Below are positions 8,550 through 18,481 of a stretch of DNA of 64,000 nucleotides, one piece after another. The notes under the pieces were generated by a model. That model was not told the DNA's origin. It did no database searches and saw only the letters and a program-made list of their open reading frames with translations. The stretch is taken from NCBI GenBank assembly GCA_943787795.1, contig CALSNU010000007.1, forward strand, positions 64,001-128,000. The letters run 5' to 3'. The position numbers and the translations under genes were made by a program. How positions within the stretch are numbered: position 1 is the first letter of the stretch; every line of letters begins with the position of its first letter. This DNA is from an uncultured bacterium. GTDB lineage: Bacteria; Planctomycetota; UBA1135; GCA-002686595.

Positions 8550-9629
8550 ATGGCGGACGAGGACAAGGACTCGAAGACAGAGGAGGCGACGCCTCGCAAG
8601 CTCGAGGAGGCGCGCGCCGATGGGCAGGTGGCCATGTCGACCGAGTTCGTGGCGGGCATCATGCTGGCCGCCACGGCGATCTCGATCATGACCATGGGGT
8701 CTGGCCTGACTGAGGCGGCGGGGGGCTTGATCGTGGACGGCTCGCAGGAGGCCTCGCGGCTCGCGATGCAGGAGCTCGTCGTGGGCGACTTCACCGGGCT
8801 GCTCCGTCGAGCGGGCAACTCGGTCTTCGGCCCGCTGACGCTCCTGGTGGGCCCTGTCCTCCTGGTCGGTCTGCTGGTGGGCTACGGGCAGATTGGCCTC
8901 CAGCTCTCGCCGAAGGCCGTCTCCGTCAAGGTCGAGAAGCTCAACCCGATCAGCGGCTTCCAGAAGGTCCTCGGGCCCCGCGGCTTCATGCGCACCGGCC
9001 TGGGGGTCCTGAAGATCTCCTGCATTGCAGCGGCGGTGGCGACGGTCTGCTGGATGGAGATCCCGGCGGTGTCCTCGGTCGCGGGGACAGATGTTCAGAC
9101 CTGCCTGGTCGCCATCGGGCGGCTCCTGCTCCGCACGACAGCGGCGGGGCTGCTGGTCATCATCGCGATCTCGCTCATCGACCTCATCTACCAGCGCCTC
9201 CAGTTCGCCAAGGACCAACGGATGTCGAAGAAGGAGATCCGTGACGAGCACAAGAACGCCGAGGGTGACCCGCACGTTCGCGCACGCATTCGTCAGATCC
9301 AGCGCGAGATGGCCATGAGCCGGATGATGGACGATGTCCCTGACGCCACGGTCGTGATCACCAACCCGACCCATTACGCGGTCGCGCTCCGTTACGTGGA
9401 TGGCACCGACGCCGCACCGACGGTGCTGGCGAAGGGCCTCGACGAGGTCGCGCTTCGGATCCGCGCCATCGCGGCGGAGAACGACGTCCTCGTCGTGGAG
9501 GAGCCGCCGCTCGCGCGGGCTCTGCATCGCTCCTGCGATGTAGGGGACGCGGTCCCGGAGGACCTCTTCGAGGCCGTCGCCAAGGTCCTCGCCTACGTCT
9601 ACCGGGCTCAGGGAGCAGCCGCCGCCTGA
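8550..9629 (+). CDS. flhB: Flagellar export switch FlhB
   Basis: KTEEATPRKL, EGDPHVRARIR, NPTH autocleavage motif. Confidence 0.97.
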   Translation: MADEDKDSKTEEATPRKLEEARADGQVAMSTEFVAGIMLAATAISIMTMGSGLTEAAGGLIVDGSQEASRLAMQELVVGDFTGLLRRAGNSVFGPLTLLVGPVLLVGLLVGYGQIGLQLSPKAVSVKVEKLNPISGFQKVLGPRGFMRTGLGVLKISCIAAAVATVCWMEIPAVSSVAGTDVQTCLVAIGRLLLRTTAAGLLVIIAISLIDLIYQRLQFAKDQRMSKKEIRDEHKNAEGDPHVRARIRQIQREMAMSRMMDDVPDATVVITNPTHYAVALRYVDGTDAAPTVLAKGLDEVALRIRAIAAENDVLVVEEPPLARALHRSCDVGDAVPEDLFEAVAKVLAYVYRAQGAAAA

Positions 9630-9640
9630 TCTGAACCGCC

Positions 9641-11749
9641 ATGGCTAGCACGATCAACAACGCGAGCGGAGGCTCCGACCGCCTTAAGCGGATGACCGAC
9701 TGGATGCTCGGCTTCGGAGTCCTCGGGCTCCTGCTGACGCTCGTCGCCCCTCTGCCTCCGGTGGCCCTCGACCTGCTGCTGGCGCTCAACCTGTCCTCGG
9801 CGATCCTGATCCTGATGGCGACGATGCACGTGCAGGAGTCCACAGAGCTCTCCACGTTCCCGACCATCCTGCTCTTCGCCACGCTCTTTCGGCTGGGCCT
9901 CAACGTCGCTAGTACGCGACTGATCCTCTCCGGGGGCGAGGCGGGGAACGTCATCAAGTCGTTCGGTGAGTATGTCACCGGTGACAACCTCGGCGTGGGT
10001 CTCGTGGTCTTCCTCGTGCTCATCGTGATCCAGTTCGTGGTCATCACGAAGGGCTCCGGCCGGGTCAGCGAGGTGGCCGCACGCTTCGTCCTGGACGCGA
10101 TGCCGGGCAAGCAGATGGCGATCGACGCCGACCTCAACGGCGGCCTGATCGACTCGGATGAGGCGCGCTCTCGGCGAGAGAAGGTCTCGCGCGAGGCGGA
10201 GTTCTACGGGGCCATGGACGGTGCCTCGAAGTTCGTCCGAGGTGATGCGATCGCGGGCCTCGTGATCACGGCGCTGAACCTGGTGGGCGGGATCGTGATC
10301 GGAGCTTCCGGCGGCGCATCCTTCGGAGAGGCCGTGGACCGCTATTCGATGCTGACCATCGGTGACGGCCTCGTGAGCCAGATCCCCGCGCTGCTGATCT
10401 CCACGGCGGCAGGCGTGTTGGTCACCAAGGACTCCAGCGACGTGGGCCTCGGCCCGAACCTCGCGCGCCAGCTCGGCCAACGACCCAAGGCGACGCTCAT
10501 CGCGGCGGCGACGATCTTCGCGATCGGGTTGCTCCCCGGGATGCCCTCGCTGCCCTTCTTCGTCCTCGCCACCGCGCTGCTGCTCATGTGGCGCGGCGGA
10601 CTCGCCACGGCCAAGGCCGAGGAAGAGGTTCAGGAGCAGGAGGAGCGGGAGCGCGAGGATCAGGCGGCCCAGGAGACCGCGGACGCAGACGACGGCGTCG
10701 CGGACCTGCTGAAGGTCGATCGGGCGAGCCTCGAGATCGGCTACCAGCTGATCCCGCTCGTTCAGGACGCCTCGGGTGCGGGGATCCTGGACCACATCGC
10801 TCAGCTCAGGCGCCGCTTCGCGCTGAAGGACGGCGTCGTCCTGCCGCCGGTGCGCATCCGCGACAACATCAAGCTCGGGCCCAAGGCCTATCGCGTCCTC
10901 CTGGGCGGCCAGGAGGTCGCGGCGGGGGAGATCGAACCCTCGAAGCACCTGGCGATGGACCCCGGGACGGCCACGTCAAAGATCACCGGCAAGGCGACGG
11001 TGGACCCGGCCTTCGGGCTCCCGGCGGTCTGGATCGAGGACTCGCGCCGCGATGAGGCCGAGATCCTCGGCTACACGGTCATTGACCCGACGAGCGTCCT
11101 CGTGACTCACCTCGCGGAGATCCTGCGGAGCTCGCTCGATGAGCTCCTCACCCGTGACGACGTCAAGGAGCTGATCGAGAACGCGAAGGCCGTGGCGCCT
11201 GCCGTGGTCGAGGAGCTCATGCCCGAGCGCCTCACCGTGGGGGAGGTCCAGCAGGTCCTCCGGAACCTCCTGATGGAGGGCATCCCTGTCCGGAACATGC
11301 CCGCGATCCTGGAGACGCTGGCGGACAACGCTGCCCGGACGCGGGATGTCGAGACCCTGACGGAGCTCGCCCGGCAACGTCTCGGGAGGGCGCTCTGCGA
11401 GCAGTTCGGGGATGAGGCCGGTGTGATCCACGCCGTCACGCTCGACCCCGCGATCGAGGCGCGCCTGGCGGCGGCGGTCGGGCGGAACAACGACCCGGAC
11501 GCCGAGGCCGTGGGGCCCGCCTTCCTGACCGAGCTCGTCGAGCTCATCGGGCATGCGATCGCGGAGGGAACGGCCTCAGGCGATGACGTGGTGCTGTTGG
11601 TTCGCTCCAACGTCCGCCGCTTCCTCTCCGAGCTCGTCCGAGCCTCGCTCCCCAAGGTCTCTGTCCTCTCATTCAACGAGGTCGTCACCGCCAAGGCGGT
11701 CGAGACGGTCTCTGTCGTCCGCACGCCCAACCGCAGCGCCGCTGCCTGA
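9641..11749 (+). CDS. flhA: Flagellar export protein FlhA
   Basis: EVAARFVLDAMPGKQMAIDADL, FYGAMDGASKFVRGD. Confidence 0.98.
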   Translation: MASTINNASGGSDRLKRMTDWMLGFGVLGLLLTLVAPLPPVALDLLLALNLSSAILILMATMHVQESTELSTFPTILLFATLFRLGLNVASTRLILSGGEAGNVIKSFGEYVTGDNLGVGLVVFLVLIVIQFVVITKGSGRVSEVAARFVLDAMPGKQMAIDADLNGGLIDSDEARSRREKVSREAEFYGAMDGASKFVRGDAIAGLVITALNLVGGIVIGASGGASFGEAVDRYSMLTIGDGLVSQIPALLISTAAGVLVTKDSSDVGLGPNLARQLGQRPKATLIAAATIFAIGLLPGMPSLPFFVLATALLLMWRGGLATAKAEEEVQEQEEREREDQAAQETADADDGVADLLKVDRASLEIGYQLIPLVQDASGAGILDHIAQLRRRFALKDGVVLPPVRIRDNIKLGPKAYRVLLGGQEVAAGEIEPSKHLAMDPGTATSKITGKATVDPAFGLPAVWIEDSRRDEAEILGYTVIDPTSVLVTHLAEILRSSLDELLTRDDVKELIENAKAVAPAVVEELMPERLTVGEVQQVLRNLLMEGIPVRNMPAILETLADNAARTRDVETLTELARQRLGRALCEQFGDEAGVIHAVTLDPAIEARLAAAVGRNNDPDAEAVGPAFLTELVELIGHAIAEGTASGDDVVLLVRSNVRRFLSELVRASLPKVSVLSFNEVVTAKAVETVSVVRTPNRSAAA

Positions 11750-11776
11750 TCGAATCCCAACCCCGACGAGTCATTG

Positions 11777-12865
11777 ATGGAACCCACCAGCCAACACAGC
11801 GCGACACCGCGCCCGGAGACAGCGCCTCGCAAGGCCGGGGGCGAGCTCCGGCTCGTCAGAGGAAGGACCATGCGGGACGCCTTGCTCGCCGCCCGGCGAG
11901 ACCTCGGCGCGCGCGCGGTCGTCGTGGATCAACGCACGGAGCCCGGCGGCGTCTCCCTGGTCGTCTCGGATACGGTCCCCAGGAGCACCCAGATCCTCGG
12001 TGCCATGCGTGAGTCGGCGGCGCGGATGCTCGCACCGGGAGCGGAGCCGGTCTCGACGCCTGAGCCGCCCCCCGCGCGTCGGCGGACGCCCCTCGCGGAT
12101 GTCGAGCGGCGCCTCCGTGAGCACGGGGGCAGCCCCGAGCTCCGGGAGAGCGTCCTCGAAGGCGTGGTGGGGCTGGAGTCTGATGACTCGCACCCCCTCG
12201 ATCTCGCTGCCAAGGTGGTGAGCGAGCAATTCTCGGTGGCCTCGCTGCCCGTTGTGGCCGGTCAGACGGCGGTCGTGGCGCTCATCGGGCAGTCGGGGAC
12301 GGGAAAGACGACCACCATCGCGAAGCTCGCGGGTCGCATGGTTCGGGCCGGCCGAAGGGTCGTCCTCGCGACCCTCGACAGCGGCCGGCTCGGCGTGGAG
12401 GCGCAGATGCGTGCCTTCGGCGCCGAGCTGCGCGTCGCGACCATCTCGCTGGACGATCCGGTGCGTATCGCGGCCGAGCTGGGGCGGGTCCCTGGCCGGG
12501 TGGACGTGCTGCTGATCGACGGAAGTGGGGACGAGCGCCGGGATATCGCCGCGCTCAAGGCGTTCGAGGATCACTGCCGAGCGGCAGGCGCGAGGGCGCA
12601 GTTCTCGACGCTCCTTGTCCTGGCGGCGACCGCGTCGGAGGACGCCATTCGGTCGTCCATCGCGGCCGCGGAGGCGGTCGGTCCCGTGGGCACGGTCATC
12701 ACCAAGATTGACGAGACGGACCGCCCCCTGCCCGCCCTCGAGCAGGCCAGGGACGCCGGCCTCGGGCTCGCCTTCCTGACCAACGGACCGGACCTGGAGA
12801 AGCACTTCCACCGGGCCCGCCCGGAGCGTATTGCGGACGTGGCCCTGCTCGGGAGGATCGCATGA
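11777..12865 (+). CDS. flhF: SRP-family GTPase FlhF (divergent)
   Basis: GQSGTGKTTTIAKLA P-loop and TKIDET; lies between flhA and flhG. Confidence 0.88.
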   Translation: MEPTSQHSATPRPETAPRKAGGELRLVRGRTMRDALLAARRDLGARAVVVDQRTEPGGVSLVVSDTVPRSTQILGAMRESAARMLAPGAEPVSTPEPPPARRRTPLADVERRLREHGGSPELRESVLEGVVGLESDDSHPLDLAAKVVSEQFSVASLPVVAGQTAVVALIGQSGTGKTTTIAKLAGRMVRAGRRVVLATLDSGRLGVEAQMRAFGAELRVATISLDDPVRIAAELGRVPGRVDVLLIDGSGDERRDIAALKAFEDHCRAAGARAQFSTLLVLAATASEDAIRSSIAAAEAVGPVGTVITKIDETDRPLPALEQARDAGLGLAFLTNGPDLEKHFHRARPERIADVALLGRIA

Positions 12866-13680
12866 GCAGCGTCATCGAGACGCCGTTTGTCCTCGTGACG
12901 GGCGGCAAGGGCGGCGTGGGCAAGACCACCGTCGCTGCGAACCTGGGCGTCGAGATGGCCGGCGCGGGAAAGCGTGTGCTCATCGTTGACCTCGACCTTG
13001 GCCTCGCGAACCTCAATGTGCTTCTCGGCCTCGACGCGCCCCGCACGATCGAGGACGCGCTCTCTGGCATCGCCGAAGCGGCCGACTGTGTTGTCGAGGG
13101 CCCGGGGGGCGTTCACGTGCTGGCGGCCAGCTCCGGGACCGAGAGGATGGGGCGGCTGACAGAGGACCACCGCGAGCGGATCGTCGAGCTCATCGCGCAG
13201 GTCGCGGCCGACTACGACGTCGTGATCGGCGACAGCGCCGCTGGGATCGGACCGGACGTCATGGACTTCGCGTCCATCGCGGACCGGGTCCTCGTCGTGA
13301 CCACCCCGGAGCTCGCAGCGCTCACGGACGCCTACGGGCTGATCAAGGCCCTCGACCAGTTCGGATCCAGGACCGAGGGGGACATCCCGACCCCCGAGAT
13401 CGTGGTGAATCACGCCAGCGGCGTGGAGGAGGGGGAGGCCGTGGCGAGGAAGCTCAAGGCCATCTGCGAGCGGTTCCTGGCTCGCTCACCCCGCCAGGCG
13501 GGCTGGCTGCCGCGCTCGACGGCTGTCGCGCGTAGCGCGGACCAGCAGGAGCCCTTCGTCATGCGGCCGCGTAAGGCCCTGGAGCACCTCTGCCTGCGCC
13601 AGATCGCGTCTCGGCTCCAGCGCCTCGTCCCCACGTCGGGGGGCTCGCGTGAGGTCCTCGCAGTAGGAAAAAACTTCTAA
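12862..13680 (+). CDS. flhG: MinD-like ATPase FlhG/FleN
   Basis: GGKGGVGKT, DLDLGLAN, TPELAALTDAYGLIK. Confidence 0.93.
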   Translation: MSSVIETPFVLVTGGKGGVGKTTVAANLGVEMAGAGKRVLIVDLDLGLANLNVLLGLDAPRTIEDALSGIAEAADCVVEGPGGVHVLAASSGTERMGRLTEDHRERIVELIAQVAADYDVVIGDSAAGIGPDVMDFASIADRVLVVTTPELAALTDAYGLIKALDQFGSRTEGDIPTPEIVVNHASGVEEGEAVARKLKAICERFLARSPRQAGWLPRSTAVARSADQQEPFVMRPRKALEHLCLRQIASRLQRLVPTSGGSREVLAVGKNF

Positions 13681-13691
13681 GGGTCCTTGGG

Positions 13692-13970
13692 ATGAAGGTC
13701 GATAGCGCAGATAGCTCGAGGGATCTGGTCCACACCTGGACCGCGTCTGGCCGCGTCTTTGCGGTGACGGTTGGATCTCTCGTGGCGCTCATCTCCCTCA
13801 TGGTCAACGCCCCCATCCTCGTCGCCTCCTATCGGGGTGCCATCGCCTTTGCGGTGGTCAGGGGCCTCACGGCGCTGGGGAGCTGGCTGCTCCCGCGGGC
13901 CCTCGGGGCCGATGAGGACGGGGTGGTGGATGAGCAGGCTGAGAAAGGTCCGGAGGCCCTCGACTCATGA
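13692..13970 (+). CDS. Small hypothetical membrane protein (2 TM)
   Basis: Two hydrophobic segments and an acidic tail; in operon between flhG and fliA. Confidence 0.7.
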   Translation: MKVDSADSSRDLVHTWTASGRVFAVTVGSLVALISLMVNAPILVASYRGAIAFAVVRGLTALGSWLLPRALGADEDGVVDEQAEKGPEALDS

Positions 13971-14071
13971 GTCGGGAGGTTGACCCTACCCAGCCTGGAG
14001 CTGGGCCTCGCCAGCCGGGCGGGCGGCTCTACGGCAGCGCCGTCGGGCTCCGCCAGGGAGGTGCTCTGTGA
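13967..14071 (+). CDS. Candidate 34-aa small ORF coupled on both sides
   Basis: ATGA overlap with the upstream stop and GTGA overlap with the fliA start; GGAGG 10 nt upstream. Confidence 0.4.
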   Translation: MSREVDPTQPGAGPRQPGGRLYGSAVGLRQGGAL

Positions 14072-14835
14072 CCGACGGCATCGAGCGCATGGAGCGCGGC
14101 TCTGACGCAGACCGCGACAAGCTGATCATGGACCACGTCCCGCTGCTCAAGCACCTCGTCGGGCGGATGTTCTTCGATGTGCCGGGGGCGGTGGAGCGCG
14201 ACGACCTCTTCGGGTTTGGAATGATCGGGCTGATCGCTGCGGCGGACAGCTGGGATCGCTCGAGGGGGGTCGCCTTCTCGACCTTCGCCTACCCCAAGAT
14301 CCGAGGCGCTATTCTCGACGAGCTACGGCGCATGGACTTCCTGCCACGTGGACGGCGAGAGCGGGTCCGTCAGGTCGAGGCGGCGATCGACCGCCTCGAG
14401 CAAGAGCGCGGCCAGAAGCCGTCGCCTGAGGAGATCGCGTCCGTGTTGGGTTGGTCAGTGGACGAGGTGGACGAGGTCTTCGTTACGGCCTCAACCGCGG
14501 TCAAGACTTCCCTCGACGGCGCCTCGGACGAGGACGGGGTCAGCGCACAGCTCGGCGCCATGTTGACCGACCCGCGTTCCGATGACCCGGTGGGCTCCGC
14601 CGAGTTCGAGGAGCTGAAGGAGGCGATGGTCCAGGCGATCACTGAACTCCCGACCCAGGAGAAGACGGTGATCACCCTCTACTACGCCGAGGAGCTCCTC
14701 CTGCGAGAGATCGCGGAGGTCCTTGGTGTCACGGAGTCGCGCGTCAGCCAGATCCACTCGCGGGCGATCTATCGCCTGAATCGGGAGCTGGAAGGCGAAG
14801 GCGGAGAACACGGCTCGACGGGGGCAGCCGCCTGA
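14068..14835 (+). CDS. fliA: Flagellar sigma factor FliA (sigma28)
   Basis: IRGAILDELRRMDFLPR, EVLGVTESRVSQIHSRA. Confidence 0.96.
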   Translation: MTDGIERMERGSDADRDKLIMDHVPLLKHLVGRMFFDVPGAVERDDLFGFGMIGLIAAADSWDRSRGVAFSTFAYPKIRGAILDELRRMDFLPRGRRERVRQVEAAIDRLEQERGQKPSPEEIASVLGWSVDEVDEVFVTASTAVKTSLDGASDEDGVSAQLGAMLTDPRSDDPVGSAEFEELKEAMVQAITELPTQEKTVITLYYAEELLLREIAEVLGVTESRVSQIHSRAIYRLNRELEGEGGEHGSTGAAA

Positions 14836-14863
14836 GGCCGTCGGCCCAGGCAGGGGAATCAAC

Positions 14864-15109
14864 ATGCAGGACGGCATCACTCGAATTCACAGCGCGGCCT
14901 CTCGGACGGGCCCTCGGCGCCATCAGCAGCGTCGGTCGAGTCGCGCCTTCACCCTTCCTGACGCCGAATCGAATGACGAGTCCAACGACCCGTCTGACGA
15001 CCCGCGCCAGGTGATCCTCCAACCGAGTCCGAGTCGATCTGACGAGGACCGGATCGGCACCCGGCCGCTCGCCGAAGAGGCGGGCCAGTCCCTCGATGTG
15101 AGGGCTTGA
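14864..15109 (+). CDS. Small hypothetical protein
   Basis: Purine-rich RBS, operon spacing, C-terminal GQSLDVRA. Confidence 0.6.
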   Translation: MQDGITRIHSAASRTGPRRHQQRRSSRAFTLPDAESNDESNDPSDDPRQVILQPSPSRSDEDRIGTRPLAEEAGQSLDVRA

Positions 15110-15112
15110 ACC

Positions 15113-15337
15113 ATGTCCAGAGTCATTCTCAAGAGCCAGCAGGTCCAGAGCCACGACAGCGCCGAGAACCGCCACGCGGCGGCGATCGCGCGGGGCGCTC
15201 AGCCCGAGGTCCGCGTGCTCGAGGTCGACGGAGTCGTCCGCGGGCTCGAGGTCCGTTGCTCCTGCGGGGAGCTTGTGACCGTCGAACTCCAGGTGCCCCC
15301 GGCAACGGAGCACGGGCTCGGGGGGGGAGGCGCATGA
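15113..15337 (+). CDS. Small hypothetical protein with CSCG motif
   Basis: 74 aa, LEVRCSCGE; 3-nt gap to the upstream gene and ATGA overlap with the downstream gene. Confidence 0.7.
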   Translation: MSRVILKSQQVQSHDSAENRHAAAIARGAQPEVRVLEVDGVVRGLEVRCSCGELVTVELQVPPATEHGLGGGGA

Positions 15338-15876
15338 GACCTCAGCTCTTCCAACGACCGTCAGGCCGCTGGTGGACCGCGCTCGCGGTCGCGCTCGCGG
15401 TGCTGGTCGTCGCACGGACCAACACGGTGGATGCGCCAGCGGATGCCATGGCCATCGGCCCGGGCGGGCCAGAGTCGAGCAGCCGGCCGGCCGCGCCCCG
15501 TGCCCCCGTCGCAGGGTTCACGCTTCCGGGCGCGCCTGACGCGGGTGACAGCACGCGCTACCTCTGGACCCTCGAGTCCGAGATCCGGGCTCTCGAGTCC
15601 GAGCTCGCCGTCGAGCGAGCCCGGGCAGAGTTGCTCCAGGAGAGCTACGGCGCGCTCGAGGAGAAGTTCCTGCTCCTGACCGCCGCCTTGCCCCTCCTCG
15701 TGGCCGATTCCGAGCGCAGCGGGCGCCCCGACGAAAGCCCCGACGAGAACCCCGACGAAAGCCCCGACGAGAACCCCGACGAGGGCTCCGACGAGGGCCC
15801 CACCGACCCGACCAACCCCTCTGTCTCCACCGGCCCCTCGCGGTCCGGTCTTTACTTCGAGAGGAATCCCCGATGA
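15334..15876 (+). CDS. Hypothetical membrane-anchored coiled-coil protein with PDEx repeats
   Basis: Start moved to ATG 15334; N-terminal hydrophobic helix, coiled coil, acidic repeat tail. Confidence 0.65.
   Translation: MRPQLFQRPSGRWWTALAVALAVLVVARTNTVDAPADAMAIGPGGPESSSRPAAPRAPVAGFTLPGAPDAGDSTRYLWTLESEIRALESELAVERARAELLQESYGALEEKFLLLTAALPLLVADSERSGRPDESPDENPDESPDENPDEGSDEGPTDPTNPSVSTGPSRSGLYFERNPR
15727..15798 (+). repeat. Intragenic 12-bp tandem repeat encoding PDES/PDEN/PDEG/SDEG
   Basis: CCCGACGAAAGC and CCCGACGAGAAC alternating, about 6 units. Confidence 0.9.
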
Positions 15877-16535
15877 GCCTCCAGATCAAGATCGCTGCTG
15901 CTGCAGCTCTCCTCGCCCTCTCGTCCTGCCGGACGGGGTGGACCCTCGATTCGATCCGCTACGGTTACCCCGACGAGAAGGTGGAGTCGCGTGTGGAGGG
16001 TCCTTCCCAAGACCAGCGGAACGACGCTCAGTCGGGGTTTGGCCCCTCGGTCAACCCCAAGTCGGACTTCCCGCTGGCCAGCTGGGAGGACGGCTCGCCT
16101 GTCGGGCAGAACCCCGCCGGCGTCGTGACGCAGACCAGTGGCCCGATCAACCCGGGGCTCGACGCAGGGCCATTCGGGAGCGCGTCTCGCTCGACGCTGC
16201 TCGACCTGTACCAGGAATCGGTGCAGCAGGTCGAGCGTCTCCAGCAGCAGAACGACGACCTCGAGGCGTTCCTGGGGCGGACCGAGGAGTCCTTGCTCGT
16301 CGCGACGCAGGAGCTGAAGGACGTCAAGCTGATGGTGGAGGAGCTGTCCACGGTCAAGACGCAGGTGGAGCAGGAGAACTTCGACCTCGCCGCTCGACTG
16401 GCGACCGCGCAGATCGCGCGCCTCGAAGCCGAGCGCTCACTCCTCGAGGCGACGATCGAGTGGCGGGCGATGAATGCCCGTAACAACGATCCGTCGCCCA
16501 ACTCGAAGGACCTCCAGGCCAATCAGGTGCGCTGA
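15873..16535 (+). CDS. Hypothetical lipoprotein with coiled coil
   Basis: Signal peptide with LALSS-C lipobox; heptad-rich C-terminal half. Confidence 0.7.
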   Translation: MSLQIKIAAAAALLALSSCRTGWTLDSIRYGYPDEKVESRVEGPSQDQRNDAQSGFGPSVNPKSDFPLASWEDGSPVGQNPAGVVTQTSGPINPGLDAGPFGSASRSTLLDLYQESVQQVERLQQQNDDLEAFLGRTEESLLVATQELKDVKLMVEELSTVKTQVEQENFDLAARLATAQIARLEAERSLLEATIEWRAMNARNNDPSPNSKDLQANQVR

Positions 16536-17170
16536 TGTTGACCCACGTTCTCCGCCTGCGGCCTCTCGCGCTCCTGAGCCTCCTGGTCATGGCAACTATC
16601 GGTTGTCAGACGACGATTGAGGTCCCGACCATGGGATCCGCCCAGATCGTCTCTGACTTCGAGAGCTACACGATCCGACGGGTGGGGTTCCTTCCGTTCC
16701 GCCCCCTCCATTCCGCTCAGCTCGGTGCGGCGGACGTGGCGTCTATCGAGACGTCCTTTCACGCAGAGTTCTCTTCGGGAACGTCGTACGACATCGTCGC
16801 CCTCTCCGCGGATGACCTCTCGGAGATCCTCCCGCTGGAGCCCTTCCGCAGGGGGACGTACGCCCCTGAGGCGATCCTGGCGATCCGCGACCGCTATCGT
16901 CTGGACGCGCTCCTCGTCGGGTCGGTGACCGCTCGACAGGTCACACCGCCCCTGGTCTTCGGAGCGCAGATCGACCTGATCTCCTGCGAGACTGGCCAGA
17001 CCCTCTGGTCTGCCGACCTCTTGCTCGACTCGTCCATCGCGGAGACCCGGGAGGCCCTCGGTGTCTGGGCAGAAGAGAAGCTCGGGGAGGAGCACGCGGC
17101 GAGGATGGCGATGATCTCACCCCGCAAGTTCGCACACTTCGCGGCCTACCAGATGGCGCGGCTCCTCTGA
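16535..17170 (+). CDS. Hypothetical lipoprotein, CsgG/TolB-N-like fold suspected
   Basis: Lipobox-like TIG-C; RRVGFLPF, DALLVGSVT, LISCETGQTLWS pattern. Confidence 0.6.
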   Translation: MLTHVLRLRPLALLSLLVMATIGCQTTIEVPTMGSAQIVSDFESYTIRRVGFLPFRPLHSAQLGAADVASIETSFHAEFSSGTSYDIVALSADDLSEILPLEPFRRGTYAPEAILAIRDRYRLDALLVGSVTARQVTPPLVFGAQIDLISCETGQTLWSADLLLDSSIAETREALGVWAEEKLGEEHAARMAMISPRKFAHFAAYQMARLL

Positions 17171-17225
17171 GCTGATCGGGACGGGGCCGGCCTGAGCTGG
17201 GCAGGTTCGCCCAGGCCGGTGCGCC

Positions 17226-18398
17226 CTAGCCCGCGCTCTGGTTTCCGAGGCGCGCCTCGACGAGTTCGACCCAGAAGCTCGCTCCCACAGGCAAGGCCTC
17301 ATCATTGAAGTCGTAGCGCGGGTGGTGAAGATCGAACTCGCCGCCGGTACCGAGCCATACGTACGAGCCAGGGACCTCCTCGAGCATGAAGGCGAAGTCT
17401 TCACCTCCCATGCTGGGCTCAGGTGAGCGGTCGACGGCCTCCTCGCCAAAGAGGGAGGCGGCCACCTCGCCGGCGAACTGGGTCTGGGTCGGGTGGTTGA
17501 CCGTGGGGGGGTATCCACGCGAGTAGGTGACCTTGGCCGTGGCCCCCAGGGCCGCTGCCACGCCCGTGGCGATACGCTCGACGCCGGCCTCGAGCATGTC
17601 ACGCGTCTCCGGCCGGAACGATCGGCAGGTCCCGGTGAGGGTGGCGAGTCGCGGGATCACGTTGGAGGCAGAGCCGGCCTCGACCTTCGTGATCGAGACC
17701 ACGGCGGCGTCGGCGGGGTTGGTGGAGCGGGAGACCAGGGACTGCAGGGAGCTGATGACCTGGCTCGCGACGTACACCGGGTCGACCCCGCGGTGGGGCA
17801 TGGCGGCGTGGGCGCCGACGCCCTCGATCTCGATCTTGATGAGGTCGCTGGCGGCCATCATCGGGCCGGAGCCCACCGCCATCTGGCCGAAGCCAAGCTG
17901 CGGCCAGTTGTGCATGCCGTAGACCTCGTCGCAGGGAAAGCGCTCGAAGAGCCCGTCTTCCATCATGGCGCGGGCCCCGGCCAGGCCCTCCTCTGCCGGC
18001 TGGAAGATGAAGTGGACGGTCCCGGCGAAGTGGCGCGTGCTCGCGAGGTGCTTCGCGGCGCCGAGGAGCATCGTCGTATGCCCGTCATGACCGCAGCCGT
18101 GGAAGACCCCAGGGGTCGTGGAGCGGTGATCGGCGCCCGACTCCTCCTCCATGGGGAGCGCGTCCATGTCTGCGCGCAGTCCGAGCGCAGGTCCGTCGCC
18201 CAGCGCTCCTCTCAGGACGCCGACCACGCCCGTCTTGCCGAGCCCACGGTGGACCTCGAGGCCCCAGGACTCGAGGCGGTCTGCGACCGCCCGGGAGGTG
18301 CGAGTCTCCGCGTATCCGAGCTCGGGGTGCTGATGGAGGTCGTGGCGCCAGGCGGTCATCTCAGCCGCCATCTCTTGAAGTTCGGTTCGGGGTCCCAT
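17226..18398 (-). CDS. M20D amidohydrolase (hippurate hydrolase family)
   Basis: HQHPELG, LRADMDALP, HGCGHDGH, FQPAEEG, GGEDFA; start moved to 18398. Confidence 0.93.
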   Translation of the reverse strand: MGPRTELQEMAAEMTAWRHDLHQHPELGYAETRTSRAVADRLESWGLEVHRGLGKTGVVGVLRGALGDGPALGLRADMDALPMEEESGADHRSTTPGVFHGCGHDGHTTMLLGAAKHLASTRHFAGTVHFIFQPAEEGLAGARAMMEDGLFERFPCDEVYGMHNWPQLGFGQMAVGSGPMMAASDLIKIEIEGVGAHAAMPHRGVDPVYVASQVISSLQSLVSRSTNPADAAVVSITKVEAGSASNVIPRLATLTGTCRSFRPETRDMLEAGVERIATGVAAALGATAKVTYSRGYPPTVNHPTQTQFAGEVAASLFGEEAVDRSPEPSMGGEDFAFMLEEVPGSYVWLGTGGEFDLHHPRYDFNDEALPVGASFWVELVEARLGNQSAG

Positions 18399-18481
18399 GG
18401 GGTTCGGAGGGGCTTCTTGGCTCGGTGAGGCAGGGTGATGAGGGCAGCCGGACGGGGCGGCGCCGGAGGTCGAGAGGGTCG

